Shown in pieces: positions 49,159 to 58,730 of a stretch of 64,000 nt of DNA. How positions within the stretch are numbered: position 1 is the first letter of the stretch; every line of letters begins with the position of its first letter. Origin of the DNA: Gammaproteobacteria bacterium (GTDB lineage: Bacteria; Pseudomonadota; Gammaproteobacteria; Burkholderiales; Gallionellaceae); the NCBI GenBank assembly GCA_018814405.1, contig JAHIZO010000005.1, positions 234,684 to 298,683 on the forward strand. Reading direction: 5' to 3'. The position numbers and the translations under genes are program-made. Below the pieces are notes generated by a model. The model worked only from the letters and a program-made list of their open reading frames with translations, did not search any database and was not told the origin of the DNA.

Positions 49159-50007
49159 TCAGTGCGGCTTGCTCAGGTCGCAGGTGTTGCCTTCAGTGGG
49201 CGTGACCAGCGCCATCGCATCGGTGGCGGGTATGCGCAACAACTCACCCAGTGCAGTGTAGTCGTCTGGCAAGGCGGCGTCATCCCATCCGTTGGCGGAG
49301 TGGCGCGCGAGATTGACCGCCAGTATGACGTTGCGCACGCGCGTCTTGCTCGCATTCTCATCATCCATCAGCATCAGGAGAAGTTTGGGTAGCTCCCACG
49401 CTTGCACAAGTTCCTTTTGCAGCGCCTGCAGGTTGAAGCCCAACACTTGTTCCTGCACTGCCTTGCTGCGCAGGGTTTTGTCCTGTGTTTGCATGCTGCG
49501 AATCTTTAGCATCTCGGCCGGCGCGAATATCCACATCAGCATTTCGGCAAGGTCATGCAGCAATGCCGCAATACGTACTTCTTCGTAATGCAGATCGTTC
49601 AATCGAACCGCCCAGTCGTAGGCATATTCGGCGGCACGATGAGAACGGTGCACAACATGCAACAACTGGATGAGGGCTTCCGTCTGGCCTTTCAGTGCAT
49701 CTTGCACCAAAGGATTGGGGGGGACTTTGTTGTAGAAAGCTTCGACACCCAACATCAACAAAGCCTGCTCGATCTGCATGACTTCACTGGTCTGGCTACG
49801 GCGCTTATGTTGTTGCAGGTAACGCAATAGTTTCACCGTCAGCATCGGATCACCCGAGATGGCATTGGCTACATTGCGTGCACTGAGTTTGTTGATGTCC
49901 TCGCGCAGTGATTCAAGCTCACGCGCGGTCTGTTTGAGCACGGGAATGTCGGCCTGAGTCAGGAATGCGACTCTGGCACTAAGTTTGTCGGTGTTCTGCT
50001 CTGACAT
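49159..50007 (-). CDS. HDOD domain protein
   Basis: IPVL, ISGDPMLTVKLLR, ALLHDLAE, LVQAWELP. Confidence 0.82.
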   Translation of the reverse strand: MSEQNTDKLSARVAFLTQADIPVLKQTARELESLREDINKLSARNVANAISGDPMLTVKLLRYLQQHKRRSQTSEVMQIEQALLMLGVEAFYNKVPPNPLVQDALKGQTEALIQLLHVVHRSHRAAEYAYDWAVRLNDLHYEEVRIAALLHDLAEMLMWIFAPAEMLKIRSMQTQDKTLRSKAVQEQVLGFNLQALQKELVQAWELPKLLLMLMDDENASKTRVRNVILAVNLARHSANGWDDAALPDDYTALGELLRIPATDAMALVTPTEGNTCDLSKPH

Positions 50008-50061
50008 GTTCCCCCCTTGGGTACGCTTGCAGTGAAGTTTACGACAATTCGATAAAAAACT

Positions 50062-50958
50062 TTAGCTTTGTAATGCCAGCGTGCCGCTGCGTCCTTCGAT
50101 GCTGTCCATTTTCACTTCGTGGCGCGGCAAGTCGGCAAGATTCAGTCCCTGCAGATACTGATGCATGGATACCAGTTCATAACCCTGCGCCTGCCAGCCC
50201 TGCAACAGCTGCTCAAATATTGGCATCCACTTCTGGCCTTCCAATTCTGCATGCAGGGTGTAGACATGCCCGGTTGCGGAAGGTGTCTGCGTCAAGCTCA
50301 ATACGTGCTCTGCAACATTTTCCAAAGTGATGTCGTCACGGCCGATCAATTCATCCAGCGTCGGCAAAGTGGTCGGCAGTTGCGGGCAGGCGATGATCTC
50401 GCCATCCCAAGTTGGGATGAAAGGATGGGTGCCGCGCGTATCCGAGCTGTAATCGAATCCCAAGCGTTGTGTCTGGCGCAATGCATAACGGTTGGTTTGC
50501 CAACCGGCGGCGGCATGTGATTTGGGCGGTTCACCAAAGATAGTGGTGAAACGATCCACTGCACGTTGCATCTCGCGCTCCGTCCACGCGGCGTCCTTGT
50601 TTGCCACATGATCCTGCCAGCGGATATGGTCGTAGCAGTGGATACCGACCTCAAAACCGGCATCGCGCACCGAACGCATGATGTCGCCACACTTCTTGCC
50701 GATGTCCGGCCCCGGCAGCAACGTGCCATACATCAGGGTTTTGAAACCGTAATGTTCGAGTACCGAGGTGCGCGAGACTTTCTTCATGAAGCCGGGACGG
50801 AACACGCGCTTGATGGCGCGACCGGTGTGGTCCGGGCCCAGTGAAAAGTAGAAGCTGGCTTGTGCCTGGTGGCGTTGTAAAGCGTCGACCAGACGCGGCA
50901 CACCTTCACGCGTTCCGCGGTAGGTGTCGACGTCGATCTTGAGGGCGATTTGTTTCAT
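50062..50958 (-). CDS. arnD: Polysaccharide-deacetylase-type L-Ara4FN-undecaprenyl deformylase
   Basis: LKIDVDTYRGTREGVP, GIHCYDH, YTLHAELEG; last gene of the arn operon. Confidence 0.75.
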   Translation of the reverse strand: MKQIALKIDVDTYRGTREGVPRLVDALQRHQAQASFYFSLGPDHTGRAIKRVFRPGFMKKVSRTSVLEHYGFKTLMYGTLLPGPDIGKKCGDIMRSVRDAGFEVGIHCYDHIRWQDHVANKDAAWTEREMQRAVDRFTTIFGEPPKSHAAAGWQTNRYALRQTQRLGFDYSSDTRGTHPFIPTWDGEIIACPQLPTTLPTLDELIGRDDITLENVAEHVLSLTQTPSATGHVYTLHAELEGQKWMPIFEQLLQGWQAQGYELVSMHQYLQGLNLADLPRHEVKMDSIEGRSGTLALQS

Positions 50959-50989
50959 CGGGATCTGTGAATTCAAAGCTTGGTTAAAG

Positions 50990-51026
50990 AAAAAGCGGAG
51001 CTGCAGGTCTCCCCTTGCTCCGCTTT
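50990..51026 (-). terminator. Hairpin/terminator between the arnA decarboxylase gene and arnD
   Basis: AAAGCGGAGC...GCTCCGCTTT stem with T-tail on the minus strand. Confidence 0.5.
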
Positions 51027-51047
51027 CCTTGCATCAAGAACCTGCGA

Positions 51048-52091
51048 TTAATCGACCAGACCCTTCGCTTCGGCGATCTGTGTGCGGTAGGCATCGAAGA
51101 TCTTGCGCAGGGTGTCGGCCATGGTGGTGGTCGGCTTCCAGTCCAGTTCTTCGCAGGTGTTGGTGATCTTGGGCACGCGGTTCTGCACGTCCTGATAACC
51201 CTTGCCGTAGTAAGCGTCGGAGGTCGTTTCGACGATCTTCACTTTCTTGGCGGATTCGCTGTACTCGGGATACTCGTTCGCCAGCTTGAGCATCATGTCG
51301 GCCAGATCGCGGATCGCGTAGTTGTTGACCGGGTTGCCGATGTTGTAAATCTTGCCGGTGGCGATGCCGTTCTTGTTCTCGATGATCTTCATCAGTGCGT
51401 CGATGCCGTCGTCGATATAGGTGAAGGCGCGTTTCTGATGGCCGCCGTCGACCAGACTGATGTTGTTGCCGCGGATGATGTGACCGAGGAACTGGGTCAC
51501 CACGCGCGAGCTGCCTTCTTTCGGTGTATTGATCGAATCCAGACCGGCGCCGATCCAGTTGAAGGGACGGAACAGGGTGAAGTTCAGGTTGTCCTGCATG
51601 CCATAGCCCCAGATCACGCGGTCCATCAGCTGTTTGGAGTTGGAGTAGATCCAGCGCGGCTTGTTGATCGGGCCGCAGATCAGCTCGGAGTTTTCCGGGT
51701 CGAATTCCTCGTCGTGGCACATGCCGTAGACTTCGGAAGTGGACGGGAACACCAAGTGTTTGTTGTACTTAACTGATGCACGCACGATAGGCAGGTTGGC
51801 TTCGAAGTCCAGTTCGAACACGCGCAGCGGCTGCTTCACGTAGGTGGCAGGTGTGGCGATGGCCACCAGCGGCAGGATCACATCGCACTTCTTGACGTGG
51901 TACTCGACCCACTCTTTGTTGATGGTGATGTCGCCTTCGAAGAAATGGAAGCGCGGCTTACCGATCAGATCGGTGATGCGGTCCGTACTCATATCCATAC
52001 CGTAAACTTCCCAGTCGGTGGTTTCGAGGATACGGTTGGACAGATGGTGACCGATGAAACCGTTCACACCCAGGATCAGGACTTTCTTCAT
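51048..52091 (-). CDS. UDP-glucuronate decarboxylase (ArnA C-terminal domain as a separate gene)
   Basis: ILGVNGFIG, PLVAIATP, PSTSEVYG, RWIYSNSK. Confidence 0.88.
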   Translation of the reverse strand: MKKVLILGVNGFIGHHLSNRILETTDWEVYGMDMSTDRITDLIGKPRFHFFEGDITINKEWVEYHVKKCDVILPLVAIATPATYVKQPLRVFELDFEANLPIVRASVKYNKHLVFPSTSEVYGMCHDEEFDPENSELICGPINKPRWIYSNSKQLMDRVIWGYGMQDNLNFTLFRPFNWIGAGLDSINTPKEGSSRVVTQFLGHIIRGNNISLVDGGHQKRAFTYIDDGIDALMKIIENKNGIATGKIYNIGNPVNNYAIRDLADMMLKLANEYPEYSESAKKVKIVETTSDAYYGKGYQDVQNRVPKITNTCEELDWKPTTTMADTLRKIFDAYRTQIAEAKGLVD

Positions 52092-52101
52092 TTTTATAGC
52101 C

Positions 52102-53019
52102 TCAACGATTGAATTCAAATTCTTCGGTGCCGTACTTTGCGGCGAAATCTTGTGCAGGCAGCTCGCTGCCATCCAGTTCGAAACGTACTACTTGCAACGT
52201 TCCTGTACTGCATCGCGCGTAGGCTTTGCCATCGCATACATAGAACGCAGCTTTTCCACTTGCAGCGCCCTGCACCAGCAAGGTTTGCAGGATGCGCATG
52301 GGCTTGCCCATCAATGTAGTAGTCGCGCCCGGATACGGCGGCGCTACGGCGCGGACGAGATTATGAATGTTTTGGGCGTTTTGTGCCCAATCAATCTCGC
52401 CATCCTGCGGTTTGCGCCCACCGAAATAGGCACCCTTGCTCAGATCTTGTTTGGTACGCGGCGCTGTGCCGGACAGTAAAGCCGGCAACACGTTATTCAA
52501 AGCCATCTCGGCTGCAACGGTCACCTTTTGGAATACTTCATGCGCTGTATCGTCAGGCAGGATGGGCACGGCCTGCTGCGCCACGATGTCGCCGTTATCT
52601 GGCTTCTCAGTCATGTAGTGCAGCGTTGCGCCGGTCTCGGTCTCGCCGTGAATGATGGCCCAGTTCACCGGCACACGGCCACGGTATTTCGGCAACAAGG
52701 AACCGTGCATGTTCAAAGCGCCCTGCTTCGGTATCGCCAACAGTTCCGGCTTGAGCATCTCGCGGTAGTAGAACGAAAAATAGAAGTCCGGCTGCAGCAC
52801 GCTGATCTGCGCGATCACTTCAGGCGTATTGGGATTGTCCGGTGTGATGGTCGGGATGCCATGCAATGCAGCCAGCTTCTGCACGCTGTCAAACCAGATT
52901 TTCTCGTTCGGATTATCGCGGTGCGTCACCACCAGTGCTACGTCCACACCGTGTGCGAGCAATACGCTCAGACAGCGGTAGCCGACGTTATGGTAGGCAA
53001 AGACGACCGCACGACTCAT
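52102..53019 (-). CDS. UDP-L-Ara4N formyltransferase (ArnA N-terminal domain as a separate gene)
   Basis: VFAYHNVG, FSFYYR, NMHGSLLPKYRGRVP. Confidence 0.88.
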   Translation of the reverse strand: MSRAVVFAYHNVGYRCLSVLLAHGVDVALVVTHRDNPNEKIWFDSVQKLAALHGIPTITPDNPNTPEVIAQISVLQPDFYFSFYYREMLKPELLAIPKQGALNMHGSLLPKYRGRVPVNWAIIHGETETGATLHYMTEKPDNGDIVAQQAVPILPDDTAHEVFQKVTVAAEMALNNVLPALLSGTAPRTKQDLSKGAYFGGRKPQDGEIDWAQNAQNIHNLVRAVAPPYPGATTTLMGKPMRILQTLLVQGAASGKAAFYVCDGKAYARCSTGTLQVVRFELDGSELPAQDFAAKYGTEEFEFNR

Positions 53020-54029
53020 TCTTCGCCGCCCACGAATAGATCGGCAGGCGCTGCAACTGCAGCCTTGGGCTTACGTGTGCGTTTGGGTTTCTCTTCTGCC
53101 TTTTCCAGCACGGCTTCCACCAGATAGCGCGGACGATGGCGCACCTGCTGGTAGATACGGCCGATATACTCACCCAGCAGGCCGATGCCGAACAGCGCGA
53201 TACCGATCAGGAAGAACATCAGTGCGAACAAAGTGAAAAGGCCTTCCGCCTCGGGGCCGATGATCAGACGACGTATCACGAGGAACACGAAGAACGCCCC
53301 CGAGCCCAGCGAGATCAGCATGCCTAGCATGGAGAATATCTGCAGCGGCACCAGCGAGAAGCTGGTCATCAGATCGAAGTTGAGGCGGATCAGGCTGTAC
53401 ATCGAATACTTGGACTCGCCCGCGGTGCGCTCTTCGTGCCCCACCACCACCTCGGCCGGATTACGCGCGAAACTGTAGGCCAGCGCTGGGATGAAGGTGC
53501 TGACTTCTTTGCAGCTGTTGATCGCGTCGATGATGTTGCGGTCATAGGCGCGGAACATGCAGCCTTGGTCGGTCATCTTGATGCGGGTGATCTTTTCGCG
53601 TAGGCCGTTCATGGCACGCGAAGCGACATGACGCCACATGCTGTCATTGCGCTGGCGACGGATGGAGCCGACATAGTCGTGCCCCTCGTCCATCTTGGAC
53701 AGCAACAGGTGGGTGTCTTCCGGCGGATTTTGCAGATCGGCATCCAAAGTCATCACTCGTGCGCCTCTGCTCTGCTCGAAGCCGGCCATGATCGCCATGT
53801 GCTGGCCGAAATTGCCGTTGAACAGCACGACGCGCGTCACGTCGGGGCGTTGCTGGAACTGCTCACGCAGGATGGCGGCAGAGCGGTCGCGGCTGCCGTC
53901 GTTGACGAAGATGACTTCATACGGGATCGCCAGTTTGTCCAGCGCCGGATAGAGCCGGTCGAACAGGGCCTGCAGCCCCTGCTCTTCGTTGTAGACGGGA
54001 ATGACGACCGAAAGTTGGATAGCGTTCAT
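53016..54029 (-). CDS. arnC: Undecaprenyl-phosphate L-Ara4FN transferase (GT2)
   Basis: SVVIPVYNEE, FVNDGS, NFGQH, LDADLQNPPE, two C-terminal TMs. Confidence 0.85.
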   Translation of the reverse strand: MNAIQLSVVIPVYNEEQGLQALFDRLYPALDKLAIPYEVIFVNDGSRDRSAAILREQFQQRPDVTRVVLFNGNFGQHMAIMAGFEQSRGARVMTLDADLQNPPEDTHLLLSKMDEGHDYVGSIRRQRNDSMWRHVASRAMNGLREKITRIKMTDQGCMFRAYDRNIIDAINSCKEVSTFIPALAYSFARNPAEVVVGHEERTAGESKYSMYSLIRLNFDLMTSFSLVPLQIFSMLGMLISLGSGAFFVFLVIRRLIIGPEAEGLFTLFALMFFLIGIALFGIGLLGEYIGRIYQQVRHRPRYLVEAVLEKAEEKPKRTRKPKAAVAAPADLFVGGEE

Positions 54030-54064
54030 AGGGGCGGCATTCTACCGCAGTGATGTGGATTTCA

Positions 54065-55189
54065 CTAAATCGACAGGGTTTTTCGCACCGCGCTGACCAC
54101 CCGCTCCACATCAGCTTCGCTCATACGCGGGAATAGGGGCAAAGTGACAATGCGCTTTCCGACACTTTCGGCCACCGAGAACATGCCTTCCTTGAAACCA
54201 CGCTCACGGTACATCCGGAACAGGTGGATGGGCGGATAGTGCACGCCGCAACCGATGCCGTGCTGTTCTTTCATCACCTGCATGAAATCTGCGCGTATCG
54301 TTCCTTGCGGCAACACCAACTGGAACATATGCCAATTAGTGTTCTCGAAATTCGCCAACGGCAATTGCGCGCCCGTCAGCTGTTCGAAATCCGCCCCAAA
54401 GGCATTGAAGTAATGCTTGGCCAAAGCATGGCGCCGTGCAGTGATGTCATTCAGTTGTTGTAACTGGTTCAGGCCGATGACCGCAGCAACGTCCGTCATG
54501 TTGAACTTCCCGCCCAGTATATCTACATCCATACCGTCAAAGCCGGTACGTGTAACGCCTTGCAAACGATATTTCTCGGCGAGCCCGGCTTCTTCCTCAT
54601 TGTTCAACACCAGACAACCGCCCTCGGTGGTGGTGAGGTTCTTGTTGGCTTGGAAGCTGAACGAGACGAAGTCGCCGAAGCTGCCGATACGCTTGCCTTG
54701 CCACAGTGAACCGATAGCTTGTGCCGCGTCTTCCACCACGCGCAGCTTGTGTTTGGCAGCGATGGCATACAGGTGATCCCTATCCACCGGCAGTCCGGAA
54801 AGATCGACCGGGATGATGGCGCGGGTCTTGGGCGTGATGGCTGCTTCGACCTTGTCCAGATCGATGTTGCGTGTGACCGGATCGATATCCGCGAACACCG
54901 GCGTGGCCCCGACTTCGAGGATCACATTGGCAGTGGCCACCCAGGAGATGGGCGTGGTGATGACTTCATCCCCTGCTCCGATACCGGCGATACGCAAAGC
55001 GATCTCCATGGTGCAGGTACCGGAGTTGAAGGTGCGCACAGGACGTCCGCCGAAATATTCGGATAGCGCTTTCTCGAACGCCTGTACCTTGGGGCCGGAA
55101 GTGATCCAGCCTGAACGCAGCACGTCGCCGACAGCCGCGATAGTCGCTTCATCAATATAGGGACGGGTAAAAGGTAGGAATTCGCTCAT
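54065..55189 (-). CDS. arnB: UDP-4-amino-4-deoxy-L-arabinose aminotransferase (DegT family)
   Basis: SGWITSGPKV, VVEDAAQAIG, SFQANKNLTTTEGG. Confidence 0.85.
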   Translation of the reverse strand: MSEFLPFTRPYIDEATIAAVGDVLRSGWITSGPKVQAFEKALSEYFGGRPVRTFNSGTCTMEIALRIAGIGAGDEVITTPISWVATANVILEVGATPVFADIDPVTRNIDLDKVEAAITPKTRAIIPVDLSGLPVDRDHLYAIAAKHKLRVVEDAAQAIGSLWQGKRIGSFGDFVSFSFQANKNLTTTEGGCLVLNNEEEAGLAEKYRLQGVTRTGFDGMDVDILGGKFNMTDVAAVIGLNQLQQLNDITARRHALAKHYFNAFGADFEQLTGAQLPLANFENTNWHMFQLVLPQGTIRADFMQVMKEQHGIGCGVHYPPIHLFRMYRERGFKEGMFSVAESVGKRIVTLPLFPRMSEADVERVVSAVRKTLSI

Positions 55190-55557
55190 GCTCTTGAAAT
55201 GATGATGACACCGAAGATAATGACGCCCATACCGACCAGTTTGGTGGCGTTGAAGTCCTCGCCCAGCAGATACTTGGCCGCGACGGCGTTCACCACATAG
55301 GCCATGGACAGCATGGGAAAGGCGATGCTGACCGGCACGCGCGACAAGGCCAGTATCCATACCACGACGCTGATGCCGTAGCAGAACAAGGCGGTGACGA
55401 TGTGCCACTCGGTGGCCAGCTTCCAGCCGATGGGTATCACGTTGGCCATACTGAACTCGAAATGACCGATGGCATTGGTGCCCGACTTCATGAGGATCTG
55501 GGCCGCGGCGTTCAGCATCACACCGGTGAAGATGAGCATGAAATTAAGCAGGCTCAT
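55186..55557 (-). CDS. SMR/EamA-type Und-P-Ara4N flippase subunit (ArnE/F-like)
   Basis: Four TMs, NAAAQILMK, LSRVPVSIAFPMLS; inside the arn operon. Confidence 0.78.
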   Translation of the reverse strand: MSLLNFMLIFTGVMLNAAAQILMKSGTNAIGHFEFSMANVIPIGWKLATEWHIVTALFCYGISVVVWILALSRVPVSIAFPMLSMAYVVNAVAAKYLLGEDFNATKLVGMGVIIFGVIIISRA

Positions 55558-57212
55558 CGCTTGCTCACCACGACGAGTTGATGGTCTCGATACAGCTCTT
55601 TCATTGCCAGGCCTTTCTTCTCCAGTTCAGGGAATACACGTAGCGGCATGATGGCATAAGCTGCCTTGTCACTTTCCCAGCGTTGAATGAATGTGGGGAT
55701 ATCGGGTATCCACTTCTCGGGTTCTTGCTGGATGCCGAATGCCATCTCATCTTTGAAGTCGACCAGAATGAACGTGCGCTTCAGGTAGAACGGCAGGGTC
55801 TGTTCATAGTTCTCGATCGAATAGAACGGGACATCGGTTTTGATCAGAGACGCGATGGCTTCGGCGATCGGATAGCCGGATCGTTCGCGTGCGATGGTGT
55901 TGTATCCGGTGATGCCGATCTGTGCGGCAAGCAGAGAGGCCACTGCGAGCACTGCCAGTGAACGGGCAATCTTTCCCCGCCGGATGCCGTACAGGGCAAC
56001 ACCGGTTCCCACCAGCCAGATGGCGGCGGCGATCGTCAGCCAGTCAGCATAGGCGGAATACATCTCATGCTGTACCGGATTCTCCGACTGCTGATCGACC
56101 AGCGGCCCAAGCCCGAACAGCAAGACGAGCAACAGCGGCAGCACCGGTGCGATCAGCCAGAACAGGCGGCGTGCGGACATCTCAGCGATCTGCTTGCCCA
56201 TCAGCAAGGCCAACGCGGGGAACATGGGCAGCAGATAGGACGGCAGCTTGGAACTGGAGATCGAAAAGAAGATATAGACGAACACGACCCACACCAAAAG
56301 GAAGCGATCTGGGCTGAAATGGCGCGCTTGGGCTGCGCTGTCGCGCCAGGTACGCAACAAAGTATCCAGCATCAGCAAGGTCCAGGGCAGCATGCCGAAC
56401 AGCAGGATGGGCACGAAATAGTGCCAAGGCTGGTAGCGTGCATGCACCTTGGTCAAAAAGCGTTCGAAGTGCTCATGGATGAAGAAGAACTGGAAGAACT
56501 CGGGATTGGCCTGCATCACCAGCACGAACCAAGGTGCGACCACAGCAAAGAATGCCAGCAAGCCGGTGCCCCAATTCATGCGCCACCATATCCCCATGTC
56601 CCGGTTGAACGCCGCATACAAGAACAGTGCCGCGCCAGGTAGGATCAGGCCCATCAACCCTTTGCTCAATACCGCCAAAGCCATGGCTGCCCAAGCAAGG
56701 ATCATCCAGTTTCGTCTGTAGGGGATGGCTTGTTCATGCTGCGCCAGCAATAACGAGAAGATGCCAAGTGTGATGAAGAAGGTGACGCCCATATCCAGCG
56801 TGTTCACATGTGCCATCAACACATAAAGCGTACTGCTGCCGAGGATCAGGGCGGCATACAGGCCAGCGGCCCGCCCAAACAGGCGCATACCGACGAAACC
56901 GGTGAGCAGGATGCCGAGGAAGCCTGTCAGGGCGGTCCACAGGCGTGAAGTCCATTGATGTTCGCCGAACACTTCATAAGCGACGGCTGTGGCCCAGTAT
57001 TGCAGCGGCGGTTTCTCGAAATACTTGAAGTCGTTCAGATGCGGTGTGACCCAATCACCGCTCACCACCATCTCGCGCGGGATCTCGGCATAGCGCCCTT
57101 CATCCGGCTTGATCAGTTTGCGGTATTCCAGATTGCCGAACCAGATGACGACCAGTGCCAGAAGCATCAGCAACAGTGTGCGTCGTGAGAAAGGAAGGTT
57201 CATCTTTGGCAA
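55554..57212 (-). CDS. arnT: Lipid A L-Ara4N transferase (GT39/83)
   Basis: PDEGRYAEIPREM, YFEKPPLQYW, LSKG, SKLPSYLLP. Confidence 0.88.
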   Translation of the reverse strand: MPKMNLPFSRRTLLLMLLALVVIWFGNLEYRKLIKPDEGRYAEIPREMVVSGDWVTPHLNDFKYFEKPPLQYWATAVAYEVFGEHQWTSRLWTALTGFLGILLTGFVGMRLFGRAAGLYAALILGSSTLYVLMAHVNTLDMGVTFFITLGIFSLLLAQHEQAIPYRRNWMILAWAAMALAVLSKGLMGLILPGAALFLYAAFNRDMGIWWRMNWGTGLLAFFAVVAPWFVLVMQANPEFFQFFFIHEHFERFLTKVHARYQPWHYFVPILLFGMLPWTLLMLDTLLRTWRDSAAQARHFSPDRFLLVWVVFVYIFFSISSSKLPSYLLPMFPALALLMGKQIAEMSARRLFWLIAPVLPLLLVLLFGLGPLVDQQSENPVQHEMYSAYADWLTIAAAIWLVGTGVALYGIRRGKIARSLAVLAVASLLAAQIGITGYNTIARERSGYPIAEAIASLIKTDVPFYSIENYEQTLPFYLKRTFILVDFKDEMAFGIQQEPEKWIPDIPTFIQRWESDKAAYAIMPLRVFPELEKKGLAMKELYRDHQLVVVSKR

Positions 57213-57243
57213 TTGAGTATAGAAAGCGAGCGCGAATTTTATC

Positions 57244-58581
57244 CTAAACCGCTTTCGGCTCTAAGGTTTCCTGCACTAGAACGCGTGCGCCACCTTCTGC
57301 GAAGGTGATTTCCAATTCCTCGCTTTGCTTGAGTTGTTGACTCTCGGTCACGATATTGCCCTGCGCGTTGCGCACCAGACTATAGCCGCGTGCCAGCACT
57401 TTATTGGGGTCGAGCAGATGCAGATTTTGCTGTAGTGCGAGCAGTCTATCCTCATGACGTTCAAGTTGACGTGCAACAGCGCTCTTCATACGTGTCGAAT
57501 AGCTTGCCAACTGAGTCTGTGACGCTTCAACATCCGGCGCAAGAACGCCAAGCCGTTGCATCAATGATCGCAACTGCCATTCTCTCTGTTGCATCAAGCC
57601 ACCTTGCGACAGAGTAAGGCGACGACGCATGGCAGCCAATAGGTCAGTTTGTTGCTGAATGCGTTGAGCCGGATGCACCAACCTGCGTTGTAGATAGTCC
57701 ACTTGCTGCATGCGGCGTTCGATCTGCCGCATCAGTGACTGTGTGAGTTGCTGTCCCTGCTTCCCCAGATAGTGCAGTAAGGCTTGTCGGTCAGGGACCG
57801 CCGCTTGTGCCGCAGCAGTCGGTGTCGCGGCACGCAGATCGGCCACGAAATCGGCGATGGTGAAGTCGGTCTCATGGCCGACACCGCTGATGACCGGGAT
57901 CTCACTGGCTGCGATGGCACGTGCCACCACCTCTTCGTTGAACGACCACAAGTCCTCGATGCTGCCGCCGCCGCGGCAGACGATGAGCACATCGCACTCT
58001 GCGCGTTCGTTAGCGGTGTGGATCGCCTGTGCGATCTTGCGCCCTGCCCCCTCGCCCTGCACCGGCGTCGGATACAGCACAACAGGCACACTCGGCATGC
58101 GGTTCGACAAGGTGCGCAATGCATCGCGTAAAGCCGCCGCTTGCGGAGAGGTGACGATGCCGATCTGGCGTGGGAATTCCGGCAGTTCGCGCTTGCGGGC
58201 TGCGTCGAACAGGCCTTCTTCCGAAAGTTTTCCTTTCAGGCGCTCGAATGCCTCGTACAGCGCACCCTGCCCGGCCGGACGCATACGCTCCAGCGTCAGC
58301 TGGAATTCTCCGCGTGCTTCGTACAGCGTAGCCAAGGCATGCACCTCGACCAGCATGCCGTTACTCGGACGGAAATCCAGATACTGTTGCTTGTGACGGA
58401 ACATCACACAGCGTACTTGTGCCTGTTCGTCCTTGAGCGAGAAATACCAGTGGCCGGAAGAGGCCGCGACGAAATTGGATATCTCTCCGCGCACCCACAC
58501 CAGAGGCAGGCCACCTTCGATCAGGCGTTTGGTGGCGAGGTTGAGTTCTCGTACGGAGAGTACGCTATCGCTGGGAAACAT
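57244..58581 (-). CDS. xseA: Exodeoxyribonuclease VII large subunit
   Basis: VRGEISNF..SGHWYFSLKD, RGGGSIEDLW, GVGHETDFT, TPTAAA. Confidence 0.94.
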   Translation of the reverse strand: MFPSDSVLSVRELNLATKRLIEGGLPLVWVRGEISNFVAASSGHWYFSLKDEQAQVRCVMFRHKQQYLDFRPSNGMLVEVHALATLYEARGEFQLTLERMRPAGQGALYEAFERLKGKLSEEGLFDAARKRELPEFPRQIGIVTSPQAAALRDALRTLSNRMPSVPVVLYPTPVQGEGAGRKIAQAIHTANERAECDVLIVCRGGGSIEDLWSFNEEVVARAIAASEIPVISGVGHETDFTIADFVADLRAATPTAAAQAAVPDRQALLHYLGKQGQQLTQSLMRQIERRMQQVDYLQRRLVHPAQRIQQQTDLLAAMRRRLTLSQGGLMQQREWQLRSLMQRLGVLAPDVEASQTQLASYSTRMKSAVARQLERHEDRLLALQQNLHLLDPNKVLARGYSLVRNAQGNIVTESQQLKQSEELEITFAEGGARVLVQETLEPKAV

Positions 58582-58583
58582 TT

Positions 58584-58724
58584 GGGTACCTCTAGTGATC
58601 CAAACTTCGTTGCATTACTGCGTTGCTCACAAAAAATCACTCCTCACATATCCGACATATGCCACGTCGAGATTTTTTGCCCGCGCCTTGTCTTGCTTAG
58701 AATTTTGAATCACTAGAGGCACCC
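58584..58724. mobile_element. 141-bp MITE-like palindromic repeat, copy 2 (opposite orientation to copy 1)
   Basis: TIRs GGGTACCTCTAGTGATCCAAACTTC / GGGTGCCTCTAGTGATTCAAAATTC; 85% identical to 14149-14289. Confidence 0.8.
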
Positions 58725-58730
58725 AATAAA

